53,105 nt of DNA from a virus (Duplodnaviria > Caudoviricetes): positions 1 through 53,105 of the IMG/VR virus record IMGVR_UViG_3300028837_001657. One strand, 5' to 3'. A model generated the notes under the pieces. That model was not told the origin of the DNA. It saw only the letters and a program-made list of their open reading frames with translations, and made no database searches. Shown piece by piece: positions 35,139 through 44,222 of this stretch. The position numbers and the translations under genes were made by a program. Numbering within the stretch: position 1 is the stretch's first letter; each line of letters starts with the position of its first letter.

Positions 35139-36232
35139 CGTGAATTCCTCTGAACAAGTTCAGTCGTTCTAAGCGCCGCATTTAACACAGTCAAGAGCGG
35201 AGCGTCGAATCTTGTCCTCTTCCCTTCTGCGTACACAAAGAACTCTCCGGAGGCCAGCCGCTCTGCGGCTGTACTGAACGTAACCTCACTGAGGTCGCAG
35301 GCATTCTGCGCATCCGGTGTTTTACCAAGGATGCGCACAAGGAACCCCCAAGCCGAAAAGAGCCCGACGCATGGAGGTTTTCTTTCTACCGTGGCGACGA
35401 CGTGCACTCCTACAGCAGGGCCGTGCGTCGTGATATACGAAAAGATAGGCGCCAGGTTGCCAGACTGCTCGAAAACGTCTTCGAGGCCGTCCACGATAAA
35501 CAGCAAGGTAACAAAGGCATCGGGCTGGGGTTTCATTTCACGCTCTATGACAAGACGGGCTACCGCGCGCACCGATCTTTCTACCTTGCAAGCATGCACA
35601 TCAACAGGTGCGGTCATAAGGTGCGGGACGGAATCTGACCAGCCCCACTCTTCTCGCGGCGCGATGATCAACATGCGCAACGCAGCCGGCGATTCGCTCA
35701 ATGCAAGAGACATCACCAGGCAGCGCAGTAGATTTGTCTTTCCGGCTCCGGCCTCTCCACTGATCAGAACGTTCTTGACATCCTCAGAGGGCAGCCGCAC
35801 TAAAAGCGGCGTCCCGTCTTCAGCCAACCCGATCATCCCTGTAAGACGCGGGGGCCTTCTTGCCTGCCTTGGGGGATTTAGCAGAGCAGCAGCAAGATGA
35901 GGGAGCCCTGGCAGTGTGATCACATCATCGTACTGGTACAACTGCTCGTACAACTGCCCGAACTGTAAAGGTGCCACGTTGACGCGGAGAGCCACGACTG
36001 CCACTCTTGCGCCCCGCCGCTCTACGCGACATTCCATCCTTAGCGCGCTCGTTAGCGTGTCAATCAACGCAGGAGTAATAAGGATGGTGTCTCCGCTGAG
36101 ACGAGGGAATACGTCGAAGCGCACCCACCTGTGTGTTCTCTGCCCTCCTGAAATTCTTACACGGATGCCCTGACTTGCGAAAGCGGTCTCTACCCTGTCT
36201 GCTTGAAACTCCAACTCTGTTCTGATAGTCAT
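35135..36232 (-). CDS. FtsK/SpoIIIE-like ATPase (degenerate Walker B)
   Basis: IG...DG.P...L, NVLISGEAGAGKT, LFIVDGL.D, G..VGVHVVAT and L..GEF motifs. Confidence 0.75.
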   Translation of the reverse strand: MTIRTELEFQADRVETAFASQGIRVRISGGQRTHRWVRFDVFPRLSGDTILITPALIDTLTSALRMECRVERRGARVAVVALRVNVAPLQFGQLYEQLYQYDDVITLPGLPHLAAALLNPPRQARRPPRLTGMIGLAEDGTPLLVRLPSEDVKNVLISGEAGAGKTNLLRCLVMSLALSESPAALRMLIIAPREEWGWSDSVPHLMTAPVDVHACKVERSVRAVARLVIEREMKPQPDAFVTLLFIVDGLEDVFEQSGNLAPIFSYITTHGPAVGVHVVATVERKPPCVGLFSAWGFLVRILGKTPDAQNACDLSEVTFSTAAERLASGEFFVYAEGKRTRFDAPLLTVLNAALRTTELVQRNSR

Positions 36233-36482
36233 CTTGTCGTTTCCTCCTTGTGTTCTGCAGGAAGGCCAAGGAGTTCGGCCAGACCGGTTGCCCTTTCTAT
36301 GGCCGCCTTAGCACATGCTATTGCTTCTTCTAGCCCGGCAGCTCTGCCGCCACTTCGCGGCAAAGAGCACTTGAATCCAGCAGCGCCGCCTCTGCCACCT
36401 CCGCTCGCTGATCGGCGGCTTTAGCGCGAGCCTGGGCTGCCTCGAGTGCCAGGGCTGCTTCGAGTATTGCTTGTTGATCCAC
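36229..36482 (-). pseudogene. Small coiled-coil gene interrupted by an apparent 1-nt deletion
   Basis: GTG 36482 frame (MDQQAILEAALALEAAQARAKAADQRAE...) stops at 36330; the -1 frame continues (RAAGLEEAIACAKAAIER...) to 36229 with ATGA overlap into the FtsK gene. Confidence 0.4.
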
Positions 36483-36496
36483 GTTTCCCCCTTTGA

Positions 36497-37093
36497 TCAT
36501 AACAGTATCAATTGCTCATTCCTCTGAGCGCCCACGTTTCTGACATCTACGCTCAAGACGACTCCGAGCGAAGCTGCTAACTCCGAGAGTTGTAGTTGGG
36601 CCTCATCTAATTGACGTTGCTCCATCTCAATCCGGAATTTCTGATAGGTCGGGCTGCTGCCGGTGCGGACTCCGCGTGCGACTTCATCCGCATGTTGCTG
36701 TGCTTGTAATAGATCCCGCCTACAGCTCGCCACCTGCTCGCTTGCCCAGGCTACCTGTACAAGTGCAGATAGATGATCCACACGGACCCAATGCTCAATG
36801 CAGAACTGATCTTTGCGCCATAACCCCAGGGAGAACATGGCGTTGATCCAAATATCGGGATCAGGACCGAGCACACCATACCGGTTTTCTTTGATTGCCT
36901 CCACCGTCTCACTGGTGTGCGTCCAAACGTTGCGCCAAGTAGTGCCCGGCAGCTCATCCATCGTCCACGGCAACACCGTCATAGGGAACGGTAGTCGTGG
37001 ATAGGGCTGTTCAGGGATGCCGCGCATCATTTCTTGTTCCCGAGCCACCTGCTCTATCGTTTCACCCGTGAAGCGGGCGAACAGTTTCGTCAT
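36497..37093 (-). CDS. Hypothetical protein
   Basis: 198-aa ORF, GGAG RBS, ATGA coupling. Confidence 0.65.
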   Translation of the reverse strand: MTKLFARFTGETIEQVAREQEMMRGIPEQPYPRLPFPMTVLPWTMDELPGTTWRNVWTHTSETVEAIKENRYGVLGPDPDIWINAMFSLGLWRKDQFCIEHWVRVDHLSALVQVAWASEQVASCRRDLLQAQQHADEVARGVRTGSSPTYQKFRIEMEQRQLDEAQLQLSELAASLGVVLSVDVRNVGAQRNEQLILL

Positions 37094-37344
37094 GTAGGCT
37101 CTCCAGTAAGGCGGCGACGCAAATCTTCGCCTTTGTGAAAGACGGCCGTGAGTCGTTGGTTCACTTCGCGCACGGTCGCCTGCATCTTTGCCAGAGCGTT
37201 CTCCGCCTCCTCCGCACGGACTTCCGCTTCTGCGGCGCGCTGCTCGGCGGCCTTGGCGCGCTGCCCCAACGTTTCCAGTGCCTGGTCCTTCTCCGCTAAG
37301 GCCGCTGCCGCAGCCTCAGCTCCATCGAAAAGATGCTGGTTCAT
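37090..37344 (-). CDS. Coiled-coil protein, first gene after element copy B
   Basis: GGGAG RBS; Ala/Glu heptads. Confidence 0.65.
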   Translation of the reverse strand: MNQHLFDGAEAAAAALAEKDQALETLGQRAKAAEQRAAEAEVRAEEAENALAKMQATVREVNQRLTAVFHKGEDLRRRLTGEPT

Positions 37345-37365
37345 ATCTCACTCCCTGTGAAAAAT

Positions 37366-37702
37366 GCGTTGACTCAAAAACTGCTCTACATAATGAACTC
37401 ACTGAGTGCCGCTTTGTAGTGCCAAAACCCGGGACTTGATACATTATACCGCCCAAACGCCGTTTTCCTGGTCTACCCCTATATCTGGGGGTTGACCACC
37501 CCCGTCCCCCCTACATCTGGGGGGTCATGCTCGTTCGTAAGACTTTCGTCTATTGACGGTTTTTGACACTCGTCTACCCCTACATCTGGGGGTTGACTAC
37601 CTTCGTCCCCCCTACATCTGGGGGTTCGTTTCTGCCAAAACCGTCAAAACCCATCGAAAACCAAAGTTGCAAACCGGGTGACAAGTTTCTCATGCATGCA
37701 TG
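37366..37702 (-). repeat. Copy B of the ~340-bp non-coding element
   Basis: Reverse complement matches 16515-16864, including four CCCCCAGAT(G/A)TAGGGG repeats, GGCGGTATAATG and the CATGCATGCATGAG end. Confidence 0.95.
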
Positions 37703-37740
37703 AGTATAGCCCTTTTCGCTTAGGACTATCTGATCAGCAA

Positions 37741-38040
37741 CTACCGTCTCAAGGTGCGCACTTGGCCTTTCACGATCGCGCTGGCTGTGTCCGCCAGTGC
37801 GTGCATCGTGTCTGAGATTGTCAACCCCAAGGCCACCCCAGCCAAGGCGATCATCATGGGGCGGGGCAACGCCAGGACGCCACAGGCCCGCGCCAAGAGA
37901 AATGCCGGCACGCCGATGTACAACACTCGAGTAAACGTGCCTATGACCGGGAAGTGTGAAAGCATGTTCCGATGGCGGAACACCCGGCCATAAGGTAGCC
38001 AGAACAGCTTCCACAAGAAGATCATCGGGGCCTCCAGTGA
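37741..38040 (-). CDS. C-terminal half of a DUF2227-like metal-binding membrane protein
   Basis: W.PY...F.HR..LSH.PVIGT..R.LY...G...SD..H..AD motif. Confidence 0.6.
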   Translation of the reverse strand, partial: SLEAPMIFLWKLFWLPYGRVFRHRNMLSHFPVIGTFTRVLYIGVPAFLLARACGVLALPRPMMIALAGVALGLTISDTMHALADTASAIVKGQVRTLRR

Positions 38041-38046
38041 TCACGG

Positions 38047-38349
38047 TTATGCGCGCGCACTCTGCTGCTCTTGTTGCCATCGTGCATGCGTTGCGATCTC
38101 TGCCCTTTTCAGCACCCGGTTCGCGTCAGCAAACGCGACCAGGTCAGAGTAATCTTTAGTGTACTGTCGGCTGGCTACTTGTAGAGCAGCCTCTTCGACT
38201 TGCACGGCTTTGCATATGTACGCTAAGAATTGATCATCACTTCGAGCCTCCCGGGCCAATTCAGTCCACTCCCTTTGTTCCTGTTTTGTCAACTGAGGTT
38301 CCTGGCAAAACGCCTCCCAATTGTGTCGTGACGGTATCACTGTCTTCAT
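38047..38349 (-). CDS. Hypothetical protein lying between the two DUF2227-like halves
   Basis: GAGGAG RBS before ATG 38349; 100-aa helical ORF. Confidence 0.6.
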   Translation of the reverse strand: MKTVIPSRHNWEAFCQEPQLTKQEQREWTELAREARSDDQFLAYICKAVQVEEAALQVASRQYTKDYSDLVAFADANRVLKRAEIATHARWQQEQQSARA

Positions 38350-38369
38350 GGTAGTTCTCTCCTCTTCTT

Positions 38370-38645
38370 CTAGTGATGTCCTTCTACCCAGGCAAGCCAA
38401 CCCAACACTAGCACCCAGCTAACGTAGCTGGCGATTTCGCCGACGCAACCGACCTGCGCCTCGATCAGGTCCAGGTCGGGGGTGATCACTTGCCCCATGA
38501 GGCCGCATCCGATCATCGCGCTAAGTGAGAGCAGCACGACCTCCAAGAAATCCCAACCTTGCTGCCAGGCCCACCAGAAGGCCAAGGCGCCGGCGGGTGT
38601 AGCCAAGATGCGGCTATGTGCTCGATGGGCCGCTTTTCGTGGCAT
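38370..38645 (-). CDS. N-terminal half of a DUF2227-like membrane protein
   Basis: MP....H...TM...G...G..ITPDLD motif. Confidence 0.6.
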   Translation of the reverse strand: MPRKAAHRAHSRILATPAGALAFWWAWQQGWDFLEVVLLSLSAMIGCGLMGQVITPDLDLIEAQVGCVGEIASYVSWVLVLGWLAWVEGHH

Positions 38646-38985
38646 CTTGTTTTCTTTCTCGCAGGCGCAGCAATGCGGGCAGCAGCACGTCAGTGAACCA
38701 CGGCAGATACTTAGTCCAAAAGAACACGCCGGCACCTTTTGTGTCCTTCGGTATCTTGGGGGCGGCTTCTAACGTTGCTTGCACGAGCGCGCGTTCTTCT
38801 TGCATTGCCTCCCAAATCGCATCGGCGACGATGTCCCAAAACTCCCGACCGAGGAGTCCACTCAGGCCGGTACGCGTATCGTCATCGGGGACGATTTCCA
38901 CATACTGCTCTCGTTGCATCGGAAAGACCGACTGGGGGTATGGATTCTCCGGCCACCATGTTGGTTTTTGCGTGTTCTTGTTCAT
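38614..38985 (-). CDS. Hypothetical protein
   Basis: GAGGT RBS; WWPENPYP.SVFP motif. Confidence 0.55.
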   Translation of the reverse strand: MNKNTQKPTWWPENPYPQSVFPMQREQYVEIVPDDDTRTGLSGLLGREFWDIVADAIWEAMQEERALVQATLEAAPKIPKDTKGAGVFFWTKYLPWFTDVLLPALLRLRERKQDATKSGPSST

Positions 38986-39055
38986 TGTCACTACCTCTCT
39001 AATGGAATACCGATAACGGCCGTACTTAGAAGTGATGCTAACTTGCATTCCTTAC

Positions 39056-39340
39056 TTACCACCCACGTTGAGCCTGTAGTTTCTGGTACGCAGCATCATC
39101 CAACTGTTCAGCAATCTTGGTGCCGCATTCTGTAAGTCTGAAACCTTGTCTCATCATTCCACTGCCCACTCCAGTCGCAACTGAAACCAGGTGGCGGCTA
39201 ATGAGGCTTTGCAACGTGCGACTATCTACCCGCTCCTCCGGTGCCTCTAGCCAGTAGAGGCCGTCAACAGTGGTGCTAGGTTCGTCACCTTGAAAAAGTC
39301 GCAATAGCATCGCCTCTTGGTTTGCGGATAATGGCTTCAT
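39056..39340 (-). CDS. Hypothetical protein (possible winged helix)
   Basis: LS.NQ...L...TLQSL..R.LV...FRLT..G pattern. Confidence 0.45.
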   Translation of the reverse strand: MKPLSANQEAMLLRLFQGDEPSTTVDGLYWLEAPEERVDSRTLQSLISRHLVSVATGVGSGMMRQGFRLTECGTKIAEQLDDAAYQKLQAQRGW

Positions 39341-39378
39341 TTCACTTCTGACAACCTCTCCTAGTGCAGTAGTGTCAC

Positions 39379-40194
39379 CTACTTCTTGTGTGCTGCGCGG
39401 ATCAAAGCAGGTCGTGACCATGCTCGATTCAACTCTCGCCACTCACGAGAATACTTGAGGTAACGATCTGGCGGCTGATACAACTGCGAGAACGGCAGGC
39501 AACCAATTTCCCACACGGCCTCGAGTCGCCTTGTTGCCTGTGCTATAGTGCCGTTGCAATAACCAATCATCACATAGCAGCGTAGCTTGTTACTGCGTAG
39601 ACCAAGAAACGATAAGCGACTGACCGCATCTTGTAATGGTCTCAGTGCGGCATCAGTATCAGCAGCCAGAAAGACCTTCTTTATTCTGATCAACTGAAAC
39701 TCTGCTGCTATCTCATCTGTGATTCTGGTAGATTCTAAACCACCAGAGAAAACAGCGGCTCGAGGCTGCTGTCGTAGCATCTCATAGACTGCAAGCCGAT
39801 GGGCCTTTGGTGTTGCAGGGAAGTTGTTGTCTTGGATGATGTGTCCTGGCACAATGTCTAGCAGTCTCAGTGCTCCTTCAGATTCGGGCACTAAGCACCA
39901 TGGACACTTGTTCGGGCAACCGCGACTGGTGAATGTTACTCCAGGTCTGATGTATCGTCCTGCTACGAATGGCCCATTGGCCTCGCTAATTGCTGGGCCG
40001 CCAAGTTTGACAGTAGAATAGTGATTCGCCCAGGCCTGGGCTAACCGACGCCCTTCTGCAGCATCCCAAGTGAATGTCACTGAGACGTGCACTTCATTGG
40101 CCTCTAGACGGAACAGCGGCGGGTCTCCAACGAATGCTAACTCATCAGTTGGCGTCATGCTCGTCTTTCTGGGGAAGACTCTGATGATGGACAT
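39379..40194 (-). CDS. Radical SAM protein
   Basis: TSRGCPNKCPWCLVP (CxxxCxxC), VH.SVTFTW, GGPA, DNN and CYVMIG motifs. Confidence 0.85.
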   Translation of the reverse strand: MSIIRVFPRKTSMTPTDELAFVGDPPLFRLEANEVHVSVTFTWDAAEGRRLAQAWANHYSTVKLGGPAISEANGPFVAGRYIRPGVTFTSRGCPNKCPWCLVPESEGALRLLDIVPGHIIQDNNFPATPKAHRLAVYEMLRQQPRAAVFSGGLESTRITDEIAAEFQLIRIKKVFLAADTDAALRPLQDAVSRLSFLGLRSNKLRCYVMIGYCNGTIAQATRRLEAVWEIGCLPFSQLYQPPDRYLKYSREWRELNRAWSRPALIRAAHKK

Positions 40195-40252
40195 TAGTAC
40201 TGATAACCTTTCTTCACGGATGCCGATAACCGCCGTACTCTACACTACCATG

Positions 40253-40669
40253 CTACTTTGCTGATGTCGCTTCAATCGCCCAATGTTCCAAGATAGCTTG
40301 TCCGTCAGCCCTGGTCGCCGTAATTGGCGGCGGACCAGTCCGGTCGGCGGCCTTGGTTATCCTCATGAATTCATTGAGTAGATTGGTTACACGCAGCCCG
40401 TAGAGGGCAAGTGCATCTTTGTATGTCTGATGCACTTTTTCCTCGTGCGATTTGAACTCGCGGAGCGCCTCAACCACCGGCAGCCTCTTTGCCAGTTTGC
40501 GCGCGCAGGCTGCGCAATCATCTGAAGATGGCTCGCCGGCGGGTTGCAAGCTACCGCCAATCCATCCCCAACGACCACATAAACTGCGGCCGTCGACAAA
40601 GTAGTGCGCCTTGCGAGCTGCGCCAGGCCACCCCCATCCTTCTGGCATCTTTTGTTCAGTGGCTACCAT
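40253..40669 (-). CDS. Hypothetical zinc-binding protein
   Basis: KAHYF.DGRSLC.RW...C.AC motif. Confidence 0.55.
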   Translation of the reverse strand: MVATEQKMPEGWGWPGAARKAHYFVDGRSLCGRWGWIGGSLQPAGEPSSDDCAACARKLAKRLPVVEALREFKSHEEKVHQTYKDALALYGLRVTNLLNEFMRITKAADRTGPPPITATRADGQAILEHWAIEATSAK

Positions 40670-40880
40670 TCGCGTTTCCTCTTTTTGAGTTACGACGCAT
40701 CCGGATCAGCATGATCACGTCCAAGGCGATCACGATCAAAGAAACCCTGATGAGCCGCCACGTCAATGGATACCATTCACATCGCCAGGCGATCAAGGTA
40801 GCGATAGCAAAGACAGGAGGAAGGCCACGAGTGACCATTCCTTCGACAAACCTTTCAAGTTCACCCTGCGTATCACTCAC
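40656..40880 (-). CDS. Small membrane protein
   Basis: Two hydrophobic segments; GTGA coupling. Confidence 0.5.
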   Translation of the reverse strand: MSDTQGELERFVEGMVTRGLPPVFAIATLIAWRCEWYPLTWRLIRVSLIVIALDVIMLIRMRRNSKRGNANGSH

Positions 40881-41293
40881 AAAAGCACCTCCTTGCCTTC
40901 TCCTGGAGTTTCGATCACGACAATAGTGGGCAACGTCGGCGCAGGCAAAGGCTCGCGTACTTGAGCTTGTGCTGCGCTGACACCTCGTGCTGTGTTGATC
41001 TTGACCTCACTGGTAGCAGAAGCTACCTTGACTACCTCTCCTGCGGTTTTCATGGCGGTGCCCAGGCCCATCGCCAGGCCTGCCAGGACTCCTCGCGCGT
41101 GCAGATGGCCGATCTTATAACAGAGCAGGCCGATCACAGGCGCGAGCAACGTAGCCACCAATGCCCACACCGCTAAAACCTTCGGGGATAGTTGTACGAC
41201 TACTCGATACAGGCCATACAAGAGACCTGCGAATAGCAGCGCGATGAACACAAGAATTCCTAACACTGCACCCAAGCTGATGTTCTTTCTCAT
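40877..41293 (-). CDS. Membrane protein (2-3 TM)
   Basis: GAGGAG RBS; hydrophobic helices. Confidence 0.65.
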   Translation of the reverse strand: MRKNISLGAVLGILVFIALLFAGLLYGLYRVVVQLSPKVLAVWALVATLLAPVIGLLCYKIGHLHARGVLAGLAMGLGTAMKTAGEVVKVASATSEVKINTARGVSAAQAQVREPLPAPTLPTIVVIETPGEGKEVLL

Positions 41294-41411
41294 TGTCTCC
41301 TCTTTGCTTGCTGACCGACCGACCGGTCATGCACTCACTGTGCTGTCTGACTGGCGTTAAAGGCGTTTAGCCTCCCCTGAGTGTGCATACCAGGCCGGTC
41401 GGTCAGTTGAT

Positions 41412-42794
41412 TTACCAAACATCTTCCGTCAACCGCGTCGGCTTCGGCGGTACCGGGACGTGTACGTTAGTCGGATCAGGATCACTGTCCGCCACTCTGC
41501 AAACGCACCAGCCGTTCGTGTTGAGCCAGGTGATTGCGTCTCGTCCCATGTCTCGCAACCGGCCGACACGATCAGTACCGATGGGGCCAAGTTCGGCCTC
41601 TCTCAGTCGTGTTAACAAAGCGTCGCGCCCTTCTCGCGGGTTCAAGCTGGCTGCCAGCATACTGGCTCCTAGCTGGTCCCCTGTAAAAGGTTTGCGGCCA
41701 CCGTTGGCCGGGAGATCTTGCCCTATGTCTTCTGCCTCAAACTCCGGCCAACGCTGAAAGCGCCAGCTATAGCCGTTGCTCGCTTTGTCGAAATCTGTTC
41801 GGTCGACCCAGGCAACCTGGACGCGATGGAAGCAGCCCGGCCCGATTGCATAGCCGTCGCCTGAACCGCCCAAAAAGTCTGCCCTCGGCCAACTGGCACT
41901 CCCGGTCACCACGCGTGACGCAGCGTGATCAACGACCTGCAGGGCGATCCTCCCCGTCAAGTTGCGCGGAACAGAAGGGTCACCGAATGCCTTTGTGGTG
42001 GGGTGTTGTGTCGTGATAAACACGTGCACCCCACGACTTCGCCCTTGTGCGGCTAATAGGCGCAGCATGTCAGCGATGGCGCTATCTTGGATGATTTCTT
42101 GGATTTCATCTACGGCCACGATCAGCCGGCCGCTCCAGCTATTACTCTCTCCCCGCTGCCGCATCACTTGGACAGCGTAGGCCAGTGCTCCCCGGATGTC
42201 GGGACCTTCCGTCGCCACTGGGCCAAGCACGCCTGGCAAATGCTGCAGCAGACGCAAGGATTCACCTTGCTTTCCGTCGACCAAGATCAACTCATTGTCG
42301 GGGTCCTGGCAGAGTTGGAACAAGATGAGTTGAAGCGCCTTGCTCTTCCCGCTGCCGGAGGTGCCTGCCAGTAAGAAGTGAGGGGTCCTGTCGGATAGCC
42401 CCCCTATCACCACTGGACCCGTTTCGGCCTCACCGATAATGAACTGGCCTTTGCCGGGCTTACGCTCGTCCAGGTCAGTCAGGCGGATCATCGTCCGTGC
42501 CCATTCGCGCGGCCAAGCGCACTCGCATCGAATGAAGCGATCTGTCATGTAGATCAACGGTCTGTCTACCGTCCAAGGCACGAATGGGCGCAGAGCTGCA
42601 CAGTTGTACCGTTTCAGCGCACTGATCAATATGCCTGCTCCCAGGCCTGCGGGATGCAGCAATAAGACACCCGCCCTCGGGCCATCTATCAGGTATACCT
42701 TCTTGATAGGGCAGCTAACTTTGGTGAACTGGCCTTCACCTGCGGCGCGGGCCAGATTTACTGCCCACTCTTCTAACAGCTTAAGCTTGTCCAT
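41412..42794 (-). CDS. FtsK/SpoIIIE-like ATPase
   Basis: PHFLLAGTSGSGKS, LVDGK, VAVDEIQ, GRSRGVHVFITTQHP, RIAL.V and A..L.G.GDG motifs. Confidence 0.88.
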   Translation of the reverse strand: MDKLKLLEEWAVNLARAAGEGQFTKVSCPIKKVYLIDGPRAGVLLLHPAGLGAGILISALKRYNCAALRPFVPWTVDRPLIYMTDRFIRCECAWPREWARTMIRLTDLDERKPGKGQFIIGEAETGPVVIGGLSDRTPHFLLAGTSGSGKSKALQLILFQLCQDPDNELILVDGKQGESLRLLQHLPGVLGPVATEGPDIRGALAYAVQVMRQRGESNSWSGRLIVAVDEIQEIIQDSAIADMLRLLAAQGRSRGVHVFITTQHPTTKAFGDPSVPRNLTGRIALQVVDHAASRVVTGSASWPRADFLGGSGDGYAIGPGCFHRVQVAWVDRTDFDKASNGYSWRFQRWPEFEAEDIGQDLPANGGRKPFTGDQLGASMLAASLNPREGRDALLTRLREAELGPIGTDRVGRLRDMGRDAITWLNTNGWCVCRVADSDPDPTNVHVPVPPKPTRLTEDVW

Positions 42795-43132
42795 CGGTCT
42801 CCTGTCCGTTTCACTACTCCCTTGATCGGGATGGTTTATGTCACTCCAGTGTTATCCTCCAAGCCCGCCCTTCCCCGTACCGTGCATCAAAAGCCGCCAC
42901 GCGAGCAACAGTGCCCCTCTGACCGTCGTAGGTGCGGGCGGTGCTGGAGGAAGAGATACACTGAGCTCACACGTGAACACCTGCCTCTGCTTGCTGATCG
43001 TAAAGAAGCACGCTGACACTGTACGCCCAAACCTCCGTGCCAAGCTTGCTCGTGCCTCATCACTTATTCCGAATACGTAGGCCCAAGGGCCTGCAACTCT
43101 CAGCGTTAGCACACATGTGTCTTTGCGCATGA

Positions 43133-43972
43133 TCACACTCCCCATCCAGTCTCTTGCGCCCACCGCCGTGCTGTAGTTCCAGGCGGTGCGCTGTAGCCTT
43201 GGCTGGTCACTACTTCCGCCACCTGGTTAGGACTGAGCACCGATTCGGTGCCATTCTCGTCTTCGGTAGCCATGTCGGTGCGCCACTGGCGGAATTGGTG
43301 CACAGTAGCACGCCGATGGACATCCGCTTGCTTGCCAGTGGTATCGCCACCGGTATCACTAGCGGCCGTTAGTTGCGCCATTGCGAGTTCGTGTTTCCGT
43401 TGGCGTGCCAGTCGGCGGCTTTCCAGCCGCTGCTGGCGGGCACTGGCCTTTTCTGTCTTTTCTGTGGCCTTACGTTTGGCTTCGATTATCAGCCAGGCCG
43501 CCTGCGCAGTCTCAGCCGCCACAAAGTACCCGTTGAGTACTCCGGCCATTATCGAGCAGGCCGGAGCGCCTACACTGAAGAGCACGGTCAGACCAGGCGC
43601 GGTCCCGATCGTTTCGTGAAGGATCCACACAACTGCGGCCGATGCAATTCCGGCTGTAACTGACATGATCATCGGCAGCACGGTAGCCCGCTCAGGTTGC
43701 CCTTCGACAGTGTTTGCATTGTGTTGAACGCTGCTCACCCATAGCAGCGTTGCTGCTGCCTGAGTCGCAGCGATCACGAACCCAAAAACCCACCCTGACC
43801 AAGTGCGAGCGTCGGAGTATGCCATTGAAGTACCCGTGCCGATAGCACTGAGCTCATACGCTGCTGCACCGATGATCATGCAGATCAAGAGCAGCGGTAG
43901 AACCCAATCTACTTCAAGGTCGGGCAGCCACTCCCTTGGCGATCGCCACCGTCGTCTACGTCGTTTACCCAT
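43133..43972 (-). CDS. Membrane protein with C-terminal coiled coil and HTH-like tail
   Basis: Four TM segments, then a charged coil ending TARRW; lies upstream of FtsK. Confidence 0.6.
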   Translation of the reverse strand: MGKRRRRRWRSPREWLPDLEVDWVLPLLLICMIIGAAAYELSAIGTGTSMAYSDARTWSGWVFGFVIAATQAAATLLWVSSVQHNANTVEGQPERATVLPMIMSVTAGIASAAVVWILHETIGTAPGLTVLFSVGAPACSIMAGVLNGYFVAAETAQAAWLIIEAKRKATEKTEKASARQQRLESRRLARQRKHELAMAQLTAASDTGGDTTGKQADVHRRATVHQFRQWRTDMATEDENGTESVLSPNQVAEVVTSQGYSAPPGTTARRWAQETGWGV

Positions 43973-44222
43973 GTGTTTTGGCCTCCGGGGGCTTGAGTTG
44001 GATTTCTCGTCCTTTGCACACCAGGTCACGCCGAATCCGAGTGCACCCGACACACCGAACGGTTTCCGATGCCTCGAATCTCATGCGGTCGGTTTCCATT
44101 TCGGCTTGAGAGCCAGCGAGATCGAAGTGAATCTCGACAGGCCCGTATGCTCGAGCAGTAACGTAGAAACCGTCTGCAGATCCGCATCGCGGACAAGGAT
44201 CAAACATCGACATCTTCTTCAA
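43965..44222 (-). CDS. Zinc-ribbon protein
   Basis: PCPRCG...RCVGC. Confidence 0.5.
   Translation of the reverse strand: MKKMSMFDPCPRCGSADGFYVTARAYGPVEIHFDLAGSQAEMETDRMRFEASETVRCVGCTRIRRDLVCKGREIQLKPPEAKTHG

Noticed and set aside
16515-37702. Site-specific invertase system or IS ends
   Set aside because: No recombinase or transposase is recognisable in the window and no target-site duplication is evident; only homologous inversion is proposed
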